From Antedon mediterranea (lineage: Eukaryota > Animalia > Echinodermata): a stretch of 64,000 nucleotides of DNA. The stretch covers positions 15,708,101 through 15,772,100 of the forward strand of contig NC_092677.1 in the NCBI RefSeq assembly GCF_964355755.1, written 5' to 3'. Of the stretch, positions 1 to 23,174 are shown piece after piece. How positions within the stretch are numbered: position 1 is the stretch's first letter; every line of letters starts with the position of its first letter. Made by a program: the position numbers and the translations under genes. Below the pieces are notes generated by a model. The model ran no database searches, had not been told where the DNA came from, and worked only from the letters and a program-made list of their open reading frames with translations.

Positions 1-156
1 CGGTGTTGAACAAGAGGGTATTTCTAAAGATCAATACAAAATCTACATCATATACGACAAAAACGAAACTATCTATAAATATGGTAAATACGCCAAACGA
101 TGACAACATAGCACCCCATTCTGGCGAAAACAAACACCCCAGAATGTTCTTGTCTG
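1..156 (-). CDS. Candidate next/terminal exon of the EGF gene (hydrophobic stretch)
   Basis: Acceptor ttttcag at 157; the phase-1 frame is open to the window edge (ADKNILGCLFSPEWGAMLSSFGVFTIFIDSFVFVVY...). No domain homology recognised. Confidence 0.3.
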
Positions 157-226
157 CTGAAAACAACTTTGAACTTTTCAATGAAAGACGTGTGATATAT
201 CATCAGACGTATTTTCAAGATCGTTA

Positions 227-407
227 AGCTTGGTTCCCACTAGAACGTAACGCAAGGACGTAAACGCAATGCAAGCGTTTTAATCAATGACAAGCGAAGT
301 TATATAGACAGTTAACAATCACAAGCGAATAAGCCATCGCTTGTGATTGGTCAATTCACTTGCGTTGCGTTACGTCCTTGTGTTGCGTCGCTAGTGGGAA
401 CCACGCT
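227..407. mobile_element. PIF/Harbinger-type MITE, family 1
   Basis: TIRs AGCTTGGTTCCCACTAG / CTAGTGGGAACCACGCT with TTA target duplication (224-226, 408-410); near-identical inverted copy at 20702-20880. Confidence 0.85.
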
Positions 408-509
408 TTAAGGAGCTGAAACTTGAACATGTTTCAAGATATAAAGGTACCGAATAATTTGATTTGCGAATTGTTTTATTGAAAGGAGACGAAATTAAAA
501 CAAACCAAC

Positions 510-9668
<9,159 letters not shown>

Positions 9669-12600
9669 GTTAGTTGGATTTTAAATTGATGGAATGCGGC
9701 AACTAAAGGACAAAATATAAATCGACTTAAATTGTTGAAAGTCTCCTTAAAAGTAATTTAAAAAAGGAACAACACGATGATGACAATGATACTTCGGATA
9801 GATAGTATGTGGAGATACAACGGCACTGGGAATCGGGTGAAATGACCATGTTACTGTGTAAATTACTGTACTTTTGAAAAGGATCGACGCAAAACAATTG
9901 TTGGTTGTCGAAGGGTTATGAAAGTCATATTACCAAATGCACCAACAAATCTTTTTGTAACAAAAAACGAATTATAAAGAATTATATGAATCATCCTACC
10001 CATTTGATTAAAAAGACCTAGAAATGTCTAAAAACTTTGATGATAATTGAAAAATTCATTAACATACATAACTCGCTACAAAGTGACAACTTAATAACCA
10101 TTATGAAATTAAATTATACATTATTTCACAGTTTATAAAATAACAATTAATAAAGAGCATTACCAAGTAAGGTGTTGAATGATTACCCTGATAAAAGGCT
10201 AATCGCGAAGTCAAGTAATTTGTGTTACAGCCAATACTTTTGAAAAAAAAGTTACTGCTCTGACATTAGTCTAGGAAACAGACGGCGGTTCTGCTTAATA
10301 TATACCAAAACCTTTTGTTACACATAGAGTTTCATACGTAGAATACAGTTAAGCAAACTTTTGCTAGTGTGACTTCTGCAAACTGCAGAAAACAAGTTTG
10401 CAGAAGGCACACCTCTGCAAACTGGTCTAGGCCTACACTAACAAACTTTGGAAAATGTTTCTTGACAAACCAAGAGTATTGCAAGTTAGAGTTTGTTAGT
10501 GTAGACACCTATAGAGGTAAGAAAAGACAGATAACTAGCGACTTTAATCAAATCTACACCAAATTACACTATTTACGCATTGTGTTTGTCGGTTGTTTAA
10601 TAATTGAGACAAACATCAAAGCACACGTCACAAACTAACATTTAAAGGGACTAGTATAATAGTTACTGTATGTCCAATTTCATTTTGATGTGGACTGTAC
10701 TGTCTGTGTTTTCGAGTACAGTAATAAAGTGTGAAAAATACGCAGGCTTACACTTTTCCAGCATCACTATAAGCTAAAGTTGTAGTATATAGAGCGAGGG
10801 ATCATTCGAGTAATCAAATCAATCTATATAGAGATGATTGATGAGCAAACATTCAACATATTTTAGTACTTTAACTAACTTCCTCTATATGAATCACATG
10901 CATTGTGATATTGTAATTACTACTATAATAAAACCAAATGTGGAACGCGTGTAAATTGAAAGCATTTTTTTTGTTTTAGTAAAGCACTCACAGAACATCC
11001 AAATGAAGCCAGATGGTAATTTGTTTTTTGTTTGTTTCAGTTTATAAATTGTCTTTCTTATCTCTATTGTTGACATTTACAATATCACCAACAGCTTTAT
11101 GAATTAGCTTAAATCAGTGTTGAGCTTTTAAAACACTTCGGGATGAAATCATTGAATAGAAAAATTTAATAATCACAATTTATGATAATTATATTTTTCT
11201 ATTCAACGATTTCATCTCAAATATCTTAATTTCTTAATGTAAGCGCATATTCGTGTATTTTAAAGTTAAAATTAATCTAAATAATTATTATGTGTGTCTA
11301 CCTCTTATGTTGCCACTAGGCTATTGGTAATTTCAATAGTTAAATTCTTATGTATATTAATATAGCTACTGTACAACGTATTATTTTACAATTTTTAGAC
11401 AGTTTAATATCAAATAGTTATAGATCAAGGTTAAACGTCACACGCAGGTCATGTAGCAATTTGTATAAGTCAATAAACATGACGGCTCGTTAACCGTCTC
11501 CTGGGGTTAAACCTGCTGTTTTCGTGACACGCATGGGTGTAGTCGTGTGTACTTTTTAAACATCTTTATACTGTATATACAGTACTGTGTAGGCCTACTG
11601 ATATATATTAGGACATCTAAGAGCTATAGAGCTTCATTGACTATACTGAGACCCTGAAGTTTTTTGTATATTAAAACAATAAAATGTCGAAACGTAAACT
11701 TTTGAAATTAAAGATAATACAATGATAATTACCGGTCGTTATTTATTAAAGTATATCCGGGATATAATACTCAGCATCCTAGGCCAGGTTACAATTCCGG
11801 AGGTGGTGTTACTGTTACACTCAAGACGCGAAATTGCTATTTTTTATTATTTAAAAAAATGACATTTTTGAACTAAAATCCCCAAAAAACGTGATGAGGT
11901 TTCAACAATAACACAAGGAAATAAAACAATTATCACAAACAATTATTAAGAAAAGAATAGAAAATGTACCCGTTCTAGATTGTATATACGATAGTGAAAA
12001 GAACATATTCCATGTCATGTATGACTTGGTCTATCTATAACAGTTTTTTTTTTCTCCTTTGTGGCGCAAACACCACTTTTATTCACATTCATATTATCTC
12101 ATATTACATAAAATCGTATTATTTAACTTGTAACATTTTTACATATATGAATTCTGTATTACTCATTTTTTCATTAATTTTCTTATATTTTGTTATACAC
12201 TTGACAGGATCATCATTATCATCTATCCCGTTTTAAAATAGTTCACACATTTTCATTGGTTTGTTTTCATTTTACAACCCGGATTATACAATATATTTAT
12301 ATACATGATAAAAAAAAAACTATAACAGTTATAGGTTAAAAATAATAACGATTCGAATGTAGTAGTCCTGCAGCCGTTACTTTATACATGACTGTTGAAA
12401 TACAAATATAGCCTGCAACTGCAAACAATAAAACATACCTTAAAGTGTACAGAGCTACCAAATTCTTCTTTCGTCAGCAGCAAGTAATCTAAAACGCAAG
12501 TGTTTGAAAATAAAAACAATTTACGTACAATATAAGCCTTGTTTCTTTATCAAGAAATTCTGAACTGAGCTTAAAGAGCAGAGAAGAATGTTGCGATGTG

Positions 12601-14369
12601 TTCTTCGCTAAACTTACCTATTTAAACTTTTGGCCTACAATACCGATCGATCGTAACTGCCACCCACTAAAACACACTGATTGTGTTACACGCTTCCAAT
12701 TACAAGTTCGAGGACAGTCAACATGACTATCTTACGTAGGTAACCAAAAAGTCACATGTCTTCAATAATATATAGTAGGCATAACGGCATTTTAACCGAC
12801 CATGTATTATAATCAATATAATTTATTGATAATATGTATTTCATGGGCTTGTAGTAGCTGCTAACATATAACCACTCTCCCTAATTTGGTTTGTTTGGTT
12901 TGCAAATTACCGAACCAGATGCTTACATAAATATACTGTAATTGCAAAAAGATTTCACTTGTGTACACCTTTACATTTCATTCAAGCTAAGTTATAGGCT
13001 GTTTTTTATTTTCATTTAGACCTAGTGCAAATGGTTAATTGTTATGGTAATTACTCTTACTACGCTAAACGTCTTCCGTATACTACGGTTGTAATAGGCA
13101 CCGCCGATACACTTTCCACCCGCATCAAGCAAACAGTGCGAGTTTTTACTTTATACTGTACCAGGTTTATTTTATTTATAAAATTAATAAACACATTTTT
13201 ATATACAAATATTGTCATACTAGTCGTTTTAGGCCATTTCTTTCATTCAGCATTATCGTTCTATTTCTGTTAAAAGTAAAGTAACATCCGATTCGTGAGG
13301 TGTTAAAATACTTCATACACCTGACTCGAATCCAGATGACTGTCAACAGTCAGATAATATCTACATAATAACGGCTGAATAATTAAAATGACTGCCAAAC
13401 ATGGGGATCTGTTAAATGAGAAATGGCGTTTATCAAGCACCATCCACCACTCTCTGACATAAAACGTTTTTATCACCCGCTCAAGATATCTCCACTCTAC
13501 ATTTATTAATATACTTCATTTTCACTTTCTTCCTTCCTGAGATTTGTTATTATTAATTATTTCATGGATTTTAAGACATATATTGATGTGTTTATTTATA
13601 ACATAATATGCTACTAAGAGTGCAGATTAATGCTTATGTACTTGCATGCATGCATTAAAACATATTTACTTTAATTCAAATTACTAAAATAAAAATAAAT
13701 ACAAATATGTAATTTTACACTTTTCTAAAATATGAAAACAATAGGCCTCTAACCAGACTACAATAAAAACATCTCCTGGAACATTATATTTATTTTGAAA
13801 AATGTTTCATTCAGTAAATTTATGTTCTTCAATCATCGATTGGCTTATTATGTTATTTTATTATTATTATATTTTTTAGGCCTAACCAAAAATGTCTTTA
13901 TTAATCATGTACGAAAATGCTTGGTCCTGTTTAAAAAAAACCTGTCAAAAGCTCAACTTAGACGAGTAATAATGTACAAATAACACAATTGTTTCTGATT
14001 ATTAAATGCGCTAGGTCAATACCAAAAACTACCAACGACGGAACATATACTTTCACCAAGTCTCTAGTTATTGGTTTTCATGATTTTACTGGTTATTGTC
14101 GTTTGCATGTTATGTACATTCCTTTACGATCGCCAACAAAACTTGTCCAGGAAATATATGTGCAAAACTTAAAAAAAAAATGTATTTATTCATTTTATAT
14201 TAAGATGTGGTAAAAACATTTTGGCACACATGGCCTGTTATATGTTTTGGAATAGTTTGGATAGCGCTCGTAAAGGTATGAAATAGCCGTCTAGAAATAT
14301 ACACATAGGCCTACAGTACAACGAAGACAACAAACGTTACAAAGTCAATGCCACACACTAGCCAAGTTT

Positions 14370-15660
14370 CTACATCAGATTAAGTTCTGTGTCTCTAAGA
14401 TCGTTTTCGGTTTTAACAAGTCTATAACCCAGCTGTTTCATGACGGGTTCACATACAGCTTGAACATCAAGAACATCCTGTAGATTCATGGTCTGTCTCC
14501 AAGCAAACGGTACCGTTTTCGAATCTTTAGCAACAACCATCGAACCATTGGAAAAATTAGTTACGTTCGTATTTTTTCCAATCCACGTTACAATTTCATT
14601 CGGCAAATTGAAACCAATAAAGTCGTATATTTGTTTAGATATTTTGAGTGGATTTAAAGATAAATCTTCATATTTTAACTCCATGTACCGGCTTCCACCA
14701 TTCCATATAGATTTATCCTTCACTCGTTGCCGAGTTGTGGCAATAAAATTACAAAGATCACGTGATAAAGATGTGATGTTTGAAACACTTGTCCGAAAGT
14801 GACGCTTATTTGAGTTAATTGTTCCTCTTGGATCACGAACAAGATGTATGACTTTTAAATTTGTTCCTGGCGTTACTGCAAAACGTTCAAGGTGTTTTAT
14901 TTTGAATAATCGTATCGTTTTTATGGCGACAAAATCTGATTGTTTACATCTGTTATTCATCTCTCTATAGATAGCAGAAATAGGCTGACGAGTAGAAGAA
15001 CAAAACGAAGTATTACGCAGAACGCTGCCATAATAACACATGTAATCTGGAAAGTCGTGATACCAAATAGTATGAAACGGCAATTTAGTGAACTGACACG
15101 ATAAAATTGCCTCTAATGTTGAACGACTGACATTTTTAATGTAGCCAGGGTCCACAGGTCTTTTATTAAAGAAGCGCAAAAAGTGAAGCGGTTCAAACAA
15201 GTAAAAAGATCTCATATTGTTTCCAAAGAGCTCTCCAGTAAATGTTGATCCTGATCTCCTGAAGGTCATTAATACAACTTGTGCTCTTTTCTTTTCCACT
15301 AAATAATGCGACTCCAATAGAGGCTCTTGGTGTTGTGTTACTTGTCCGCTATTTAATATAGGTCCGTCTAAACGTTAAATAATAAAACCTTTCAAATAGT
15401 ATACAAACAAAAATTAGATATTTTTAGAAAAGCAATCCAGCCGATATGTCTATCAATTGATCTATTTATAGTTTCATGACGTAATTTAGTGTAACACACA
15501 AATAACCACATGATCATGACAATGTTCTATGGGAATTTTTTTACACATACATACTGACAAATAAAAGAATAATTATTCTATACTTACATAGAAACATTGT
15601 TGACATAAAAGATAGAAGTACTATCATACAAAGTAGTATAAATAAACGTTTTATTTTCAT
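14370..15660 (-). CDS. Carbohydrate (Gal/GlcNAc/GalNAc-6-O) sulfotransferase, CHST1/3/4/5-like, type II Golgi membrane protein (~356 aa)
   Basis: Exon 15588-15660 (MKIKRLFILLCMIVLLSFMSTMFL signal anchor, GTAAGT donor) splices in phase 1 to exon 14370-15367. Motifs: 5'-PSB loop TFRRSGSTFTGELF, YLFEPL, KTIRL, 3'-PB HLVRDPRG, LKYEDL. Confidence 0.92.
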
Positions 15661-17069
15661 TGCGTTTGAATTGGGACATCAACGTTGTGACGTCACTCTG
15701 TACCAGTATCTGAAAATAAGAAATATAATAAGAGAAATGAGAGAAATGTTTCTTTCAGGTCTAACCTATGTTTTGTTTATTGGCCCTTGTATAACCTACA
15801 ACTAAAATAAAATCATCAATTGCATTGTTTACAAAATATCATACTTATTACGTGTATGCCATTCTATATTGATTATGATATTTTGTAACAAACCTTTTTT
15901 GAAATAACTCTAGTCGATTCTGTAATAACTTTAGCTCTCTTGTTTTGTAATAAAGTATATTTTGTATTAAAAAATACGACGTAATCAAACGCGACTTTAT
16001 AGAAAATGTAAGGTAGGCATATTACTTACTTTTTATATCGTCTTCTGTCGACGAAGCTGAACTGCGAAACTTCCACGCAATACTAAAATGAAATAAAATA
16101 AAATCGCTCAGAAATCTAAATAGTACATTTAAATTATTATTTCCGTCTATAGATTAATGTCAAGTTCATAGTTAACCAGAAGCAGACAGGACTACGTATG
16201 CCTACTTTAACAATTACTCATGAACTGCAGTTTACATTATCAAAATAAGATCTAAATAAATCAAATTGGTTTTAAGCATCTATTTTATTTTAAAATAAAG
16301 CACAAACATTGTTATTCTATAACGTTGGATTACCGCCAGATCAGACAATTGCCTGTCTCGTAAAAAAAAACGTGACAGGCAAAATATACCAAATTTGTAT
16401 ACTTAACCAACCTTTTAATATACTTCACGTCATTTTCTTCGGGCTGTTTCCAAGTTCTGTTCAGGCCTACATGTGTTTGGACCAGTATCTGATCAGGCTA
16501 AACATTCATTGTCTAGGCAGTGTCTTGTTAAGGCTAGCCAGTACCGTCCTTCTATTTTATTTTGTATACATTCAATAATTTAATTATCGTTCAGGAAGTT
16601 GACTAATATGTTTCCTCGTTGAGTTCTATAGGACGTGTATCCTGGCCAATAGGAGCGGCCTATTTTCTGGTTGAATTACTATTTATAAATATCTGACATT
16701 TCCAATTTTTGAATTATGAATACGATTAACAAATCCTGTGTGGATATTTCGTTTTCCAGTCTCATCGAAAACACCGAGCATGATAAGCAGATTCAACTCA
16801 CTCTAGAGAGAACTTTGTTCAATTCAATTCAAATTGGAGCTACTCTCGGGAATACAATTCTGTAGCCGAAATATTCCTTATTATATGGTGTACATTTCAG
16901 AGAATGATCGGGTACACACTTTTTTATTATCAATAGGCCTCCAGAATGTATCATTTATAAATGTGAGTGTTTTGATCGGGTATAAATATTGTATCGAAAA
17001 AGTCTGTAGAGATTATTTAAATACACTATTTTACAAAAAGAGAAACATTGTCATTACGAGTTTGAAATA

Positions 17070-17945
17070 TTACCACCATCTAAGTCTATCAAGTATGTTT
17101 TTTGCAGCACTTATGTATTCCTTTTGTCTTAAAGTGTATACAACTGGATTTACAGTAGAGTTACAGAGAACGACAAACCAGACGGTACCAAAAGACCAGC
17201 GATAATCAGTCCAATCGGCGCAAGATATAACAGATATATAAAACAGTATAAGAGGAGTGGAAAACAATATATAAGCACCAAGCACGATAATCGTGGTCTT
17301 TGTTGCTTTAAGCTCAATTTTCAAAGTTTGTTTCTGTTCTTGTTGTATCCGGATTGAACTTATTTCCGATTGGATACGTAAGTGATGACGTCTAGCAATA
17401 CAATATATCAACATATATAAAGCAACTGTAATACATAATTCAACTAACATTATCACAAATGCAATAAATTCTAAAAGTAACATTTTAACATTTTGATCGT
17501 GAGTACAAGTGTAAAATGTAGTTGGAGGAATGAAATACATACACAGTGCATTAGGTAGAATGAATAACCAAACGGTGGCAATAGATGCTCTGGTAACTAT
17601 GTCCCTGCTGCTATATGACTGATATAGATAAGGTCTTGAAACTGCTATGTACCGGTCTATACTTAGAAAGAAGATATGATTCAACGAAATCATAGCAAAT
17701 GTCTCGCGTAGAATCCCTGATGTTGTATGCAATTCAGGTAGGCCTATAAACAATACAATTGCGCTGAAGATCATTGTAAAACCAGTCAAAGTATCTACCA
17801 CTGCTAGGCTAAAAATAAAATAATTACTAAGACAATGCATGTGCTTTGTTTTGCGGATCACAAATATGACAAATAAATTGCTGATAACTGCTGCAGATCC
17901 AATAACAGGGTATCCAATTGAATATAAGTAACTTTGATACGCCAT
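17070..17945 (-). CDS. Class A (rhodopsin-family) orphan GPCR, paralog 1
   Basis: Seven hydrophobic segments; SN in TM1, SLAVVD in TM2, SIDRY, CNSTVNPVVY. A splice acceptor (ctgtttccag) lies 12 nt upstream of the ATG, so the N-terminus may come from an upstream exon. Confidence 0.9.
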   Translation of the reverse strand: MAYQSYLYSIGYPVIGSAAVISNLFVIFVIRKTKHMHCLSNYFIFSLAVVDTLTGFTMIFSAIVLFIGLPELHTTSGILRETFAMISLNHIFFLSIDRYIAVSRPYLYQSYSSRDIVTRASIATVWLFILPNALCMYFIPPTTFYTCTHDQNVKMLLLEFIAFVIMLVELCITVALYMLIYCIARRHHLRIQSEISSIRIQQEQKQTLKIELKATKTTIIVLGAYILFSTPLILFYISVISCADWTDYRWSFGTVWFVVLCNSTVNPVVYTLRQKEYISAAKNILDRLRWW

Positions 17946-18486
17946 ACCACCAAAACGCTGGAAACAGAATGAGCTGGTGGGTTCGAGATTGCTGACTTAT
18001 ATGCACAGGTACACTCATCGTGAATCTAATTCCAGTTTGTTTCTTTAAAAAAGCAATTTAGACAACATGTAATTTGAACCAACAACAGCTTCTTAAATAA
18101 CAATCAATACTCCTATATATATTTATTTTTGTTGTAAAAATACATTATCAAATTCTTTTGAAGTTAATTGCAAGCGAACAAAACAATAATCAACTGTAGA
18201 AACGAAAAGCGATCGAAACTCTTTATTAATTAACATTCAATTATAAAGTTTTTCTTTGTAGAAATTTGATATCGGATCACACACAAAAATAAAATATATA
18301 TTTTTCTGAAAAACACATGTAATTTAAAGCAAAATTAAATTGGGTGCTAGCCAATGGGTTTTTAATTCAATCGTTTCTTTTGTCTTTTTGTAAGTTAAAT
18401 TAGTTTTGGTTTTTTTAATGGAAGTGATTACATTTATTAAAAATTAAAAAATGGCCTATTCAAATTATGATGTTATTAATCTTCAT

Positions 18487-18890
18487 TTACTTCCACCAGC
18501 GATAATCAGCGCAAGATATAACACCTATATAAAACAGTATAAGAAGAGTAGACATATAAGCACCAACCACGATAATCGTGGTCTTTGTTGCTTTAAACTC
18601 AATTTTCAAAATTTGTTTCTGTTTTTGTTGTAGCCACACAAGACAATGCATATGCTTTGTTTTGCGAATCACAGATACGACAAATAATTGCTGATAACTG
18701 CTGAAGATCCAATAATATGGTATCCGATTGAATATATGTAACTTTGATACGCCGTACCGCCAAAACGTTGGAAACAGAATGTGCTGGTGGGTTCGAGATT
18801 GTTGACTTAAATAATCTAATTCCAGTTTGTTTCTTAAAGGCAATTTAGACAACATGTAATTTGAACCAACAGCTTCTTAAACAACAATCA
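18487..18890 (-). pseudogene. Internally deleted copy of GPCR paralog 1
   Basis: High nucleotide similarity to 17945-18100 and TM1 (..IRKTKHMHCL), joined directly to ICL3/TM6 (QKQILKIEFKATKTTIIVVGAY); ATG changed to ACG, acceptor CAG changed to CAA, TM2-TM5 and TM7 missing. Confidence 0.85.
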
Positions 18891-19915
18891 ATGCTTTGCT
18901 AAAATCTTAGAAAAATAACTTTAGATTTGTTGGTAGATTCAAAGGTTGAAGTTGCTGACCTAAATACACATACACGAATCTAATTCTAATTTGTTAATCT
19001 TAAAAGTATTAAACACGTCATGTAATTTGAATCAAAAACCTCTCCGTATATAAACCAATACTGTCAATTTAATATAGCATTTTCTTGAGGTTAATTAGAA
19101 GTATACAAACCGAGTTTCAACTACAGATACGAACAGCTTTTTAAATAAGAGAGGATATTTGTTTGTAGATATTTGATATCGGATTACTTTCAAAGTTAAT
19201 TCAGACGTGAATGAGCAGCCACTTAATAAGAACTGAACCTAAATAATGTTTTTTAACTGAGTTCACACATACAATAAATAATATAACACAGCTCTGAGTG
19301 GAATCTTCTCATTTTGAACGATTGTGGTCACATGATTTTCAATAATTATTCCATTGAACTCTTACGTCATCAAAATTGCAATTTCGTTATGCGAGTGCAA
19401 TTTTGTTATAGGCGAATACAATTTCGGAGACCCATGATAGTCAGTTGGCTTAACAACGCATTTTGAGGAAATTTTTACATGGTGGACAAAAACGCCAAAT
19501 TTTGTTTGACTGAATAGTTTTCGAAAAATCATCCTGTAGTGTGCGCTGCCTTTTTCAAATGGTGTAGGCCATGGTCTAGCCTTTCGGTGAAAGTTGGCGT
19601 ATTAAAAATGAATGTCTTATATTCGTGAAATACAAATACAAAACAGGTGCGTCGATGCAAGTCATGCTGTTTTACTAATAACCAATGAATATTAACATTA
19701 TATTTATTTTTTATAATTATATTTCTCTCTGTTTCAATATAATTTATTTATTTGACCAACAAACCATAATATAAAATATATAGAGATTGGTCAGAGACTG
19801 TTAATAAGATTAAATCAGAGTCAGCAGTCCAAAGAATTAAAATGTAGACGTGTATACACAAACAATTATTATATACAAACAAAACAAAATATTAAAACAC
19901 AGAGCATTCTACTAT

Positions 19916-21337
19916 TTACTCTAGTAGCTAGATCAACTTTCGTATGCACTTTGAGGTCCAGAGAATTTGACTTCAGAAATTGGTTTAGGGTGGTCAAACA
20001 ATCATTTTTAGCTTGGTTACACATTTTGAAAATGTGGCGAAAGGTCAAAAGGTCAGGGTGAAAGGTCATAAGACCAAACACCAATATGTCCTTAAATCTC
20101 AACAACCACTGGTCACAGCGAATTGGTCTCAAATTGATCAGAAGGTATACATTTATATTCAGTCTAATGGAACATTTTAGTCAAAAATGACCGGAAATGC
20201 CATTTCTGACCTTTGACCCACACCCCAGGGCATGTATGTATCTCCGTAACTACTGATCGTAGACACTTGAATTTGGTCTTACATTGTTGAAATAAACATT
20301 TTGTTATTTGTTGCACATTTTTAAAAATGTTACAAAAGGTCAAAGGGTCAGGGTCAAGGGTTATATGAACAAATATAAATAGATACTTCTATCTCGGCAA
20401 CCACTGGTCGCAGCAAGTCAATTTTGGTCTTAAAATGTTCAGAAGGCATGCTTTCATATTCAATCTAATGGGACATTTTAGTCAAAAATTATCAGAAATG
20501 CTATTTTTGACCTTTGACCCCCATATCATGGCATCTTCATATCTCTGTAAGTACTGGTCGTAGAAACTTAAATTTGGTATCAAATTGTTCGAAATATACA
20601 TATTTACATTCATTGTAATAGAAAATGTGGTTAAAAGATGAACAGAAATACTATCACTAATGTTTCAAACAAAAAACATATGTCTACATAACTTATCCTT
20701 AAGCGTGGTTCCCACTAGCGACGCAACGCAAGGACGTAACGCAACGCAAGTGAATTGACCAATCACAAGCGATGGCTTATTCGCTTGTGATTGCTAACTG
20801 TCTATAACTTCGCTTGTCATTGGTTAAAACGCTTGCGTTGCGTTTACGTCCTTGCGTTACGTTCTAGTGGGAACCAAGCTTTAGACAGTAATGTAATGCA
20901 ATAACTGATACTTTAAATTGTTTCAATTTCAAGTACTTATTGCCGTCCCCAAGAACATTTTGATAGAAACGTCAAGTTCAACAGTTCTTTTCAGAATGCT
21001 AGAAGTAACTTGCCATGTGTATCCGATTAACCGGGCATTTATTGTTCAAAAGGGTTTTGAGGGGGAGGGGAGGCATCTTTATTTGGGGTATAATATGGTA
21101 ATACACTATGTATAATCAAATAAATACCACCTAGATGTAAAAAAAATACAGCACAATTAATATCAAAAAGTGAAAAAAATGCTTGGTAAATTGTAGATTA
21201 TGGTAGTTAATGTAATGTGTTGTGATACAATGGTATTGTGTAAATGCATGTGGCGGGTGTATTCCACATGAAGGGAATGGTGGCGTTTATTTGAGGGAGG
21301 CTTTTATTCAAAGCGGGTGTTAATTCGAATAAATACT
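19916..21337. repeat. Left arm of a large inverted repeat
   Basis: Reverse complement of 23175-24275 (outer end TTACTCTAGTAGCTAGATC); internal ~300 bp tandem dimer; carries an extra MITE and a ~170 bp segment absent from the right arm. Confidence 0.9.
20702..20880. mobile_element. PIF/Harbinger-type MITE, family 1
   Basis: TIRs AGCGTGGTTCCCACTAG / CTAGTGGGAACCAAGCT, TTA TSD (20699-20701, 20881-20883); empty site in the opposite repeat arm near 23490. Confidence 0.9.
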
Positions 21338-21459
21338 GTAATTTTAATAATTATAATTCGTTTCTCAACTGATAAGAGGTACTTTACATGATTCGTTTTC
21401 TTTCTTTTTTCTTCTTGTTTCTGTCTTTTAGAATAAAAGTGACACTGTCATAGATAACA

Positions 21460-21815
21460 TTACTTGTTTACTTACTTACTTGTTTACTTGTTTCCGGAGC
21501 TCAGCAATGCTGGGTCCGGAGTCGAGGCTAGGCTATGCCTATAAGCCCCTCTTGATAATTACATCAACTCTTGAATATGGCGCAAATTTAAGAGGGTGGT
21601 TGGACCATGCCCGTTCAAGACCGGACTTAAATTGATTGGTTGATCTTGAAGCTACTACATCCTCCGATAACGAATTCCATAATACAATAGCTTTTCGACC
21701 AAATGAGTCCCTCATCCAATTTGTGCGTGAGAACTTAAATTTTAATTTAAAAGAATGACCACGTGTTCTAACATCTTCATCACGCTCAAAAAAAGAATCA
21801 GCAAAAATACTATAC
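21460..21815 (-). mobile_element. 5'-truncated CR1-clade LINE 3' end
   Basis: C-terminal ORF2 motif TRGHSFKL...F..R.I.LWNSL.EDVV.S.S.N.FK..L; 3'UTR stem-loop CCGGACCCAGCATTGCTGAGCTCCGG; (AAACAAGT)n tail. Confidence 0.85.
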
Positions 21816-22071
21816 ATTAAATGGATCTTCTCCTCCAGGTGCAGTATAATGATATAAAACATTATCCTGACACGATTGCACTCACAATGGATCTTCATTC
21901 TATCATCTGTTTGTTTGTGACTACAATTTGACAACAATCTTTTGCATATTTTTAAATGCCGATACATAGTTTCATTACTATTGTACAATATGTCCAGCTT
22001 TCCTGAAAACACCCTTGTGTACTGTAGTACAGTGTTGTAGTATGATTTTATCATGATAACTTCTGATGCTT

Positions 22072-22345
22072 TTATTTACCTCCGCCAAGGAGGTATATGT
22101 AATCGATCGCGTGTGTTTGTTTGTCTGTCTGTTTGTCTGTTTGTTTGTTAGCAGGATTACTCAAAAAGTAATTACAAGGTCTTTACCAAAATGAATCTAC
22201 AGATAGATATGTGGTCCATTCCATTAAATTTTGGGACCATTTCGGACCACGGTCCCAATTCTGGACCACTTTTTAGTATACTTTTCAGACCTGCTAGTGT
22301 TAAAAAGATAGGACAGAATTTTTCAAAAGCCGGCGAGCAGTCTTA
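22072..22345 (+). mobile_element. Non-autonomous Helentron/DINE-like (microsatellite-bearing) element
   Basis: TTACCTCCGCCAAGGAGGT terminal hairpin followed by (GTCT/GTTT)n; a related head occurs at ~41011. Confidence 0.5.
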
Positions 22346-23174
22346 AAGTAACAAGTAAACTCAAATTGAATTTTCTCGAGAACTACTTGTCCAAAAAACT
22401 TCATTTTTTTGTACAAGGGCAAGAGTTTTTAAAACATAATTTTATTTAATGTGCACGTTTTTTTATGGGAGTAGTTTACAAAACCTATTTCTTTTCAAAT
22501 TCACTCGTTTGATTTTCGCGTTGCTGTTCTATTGTTAGTCAACTGAAGCTATTGTTAATTGAAAGGCTTGTTACAAACCATTACACCAAACTCGCATACA
22601 CAAGCTTGTAGTGAAATTAGCGTAAATCACAAACAAATATATATATATTTTTTTACCGGAGAAATCTGATGTAGGAGAATTTTTTTCTCGGAGTGGCTTT
22701 CTAGTTGTCAATGCATTCAGTACCTAAAACATGTCAAAGTTTCTAGTGGTATTGATAATAAATCTCCAGAAACATATATTGTTTTTTTATCTACACTGGG
22801 AACAGACGTGTATAATATACACCGACAAAACTTATACATATTATGTATAAGTTTTGTCGGTAACATTCAAAAATATTATGCAACAGTGTTACGGAATAAT
22901 GACAATGAATTGGTCTATTAGGCCTATAATTGTCTCTGATACCTTTTATTACATGATTGTACTTGCACCAGAATAGAATGAGGTTTAATCCAGTTATTAT
23001 TCTTATTATATTAATTTTTTTTTTTTTTTAACTGGGGTGTATTTATTTGATTATACATGTTACCATTATTACACCCAAACAAAATAAACGCCTTCCCTGA
23101 ATAAATAAATGCCCGGGCCTTTTATTCGGGTAACTATGGTATGTTACTTCTAGCATTCTTTACTGTTGAGCTCG

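Noticed and set aside
10350-11220. Short imperfect inverted repeats at ~10430-10510 and ~11140-11218
   Set aside because: Likely MITE relics; no clear TSD or second copy in the window.
14488-14802. Antisense ORFs over the sulfotransferase, GPCR and Sulfotransfer_5-like genes
   Set aside because: Shadow ORFs of real coding sequence with no independent motifs.
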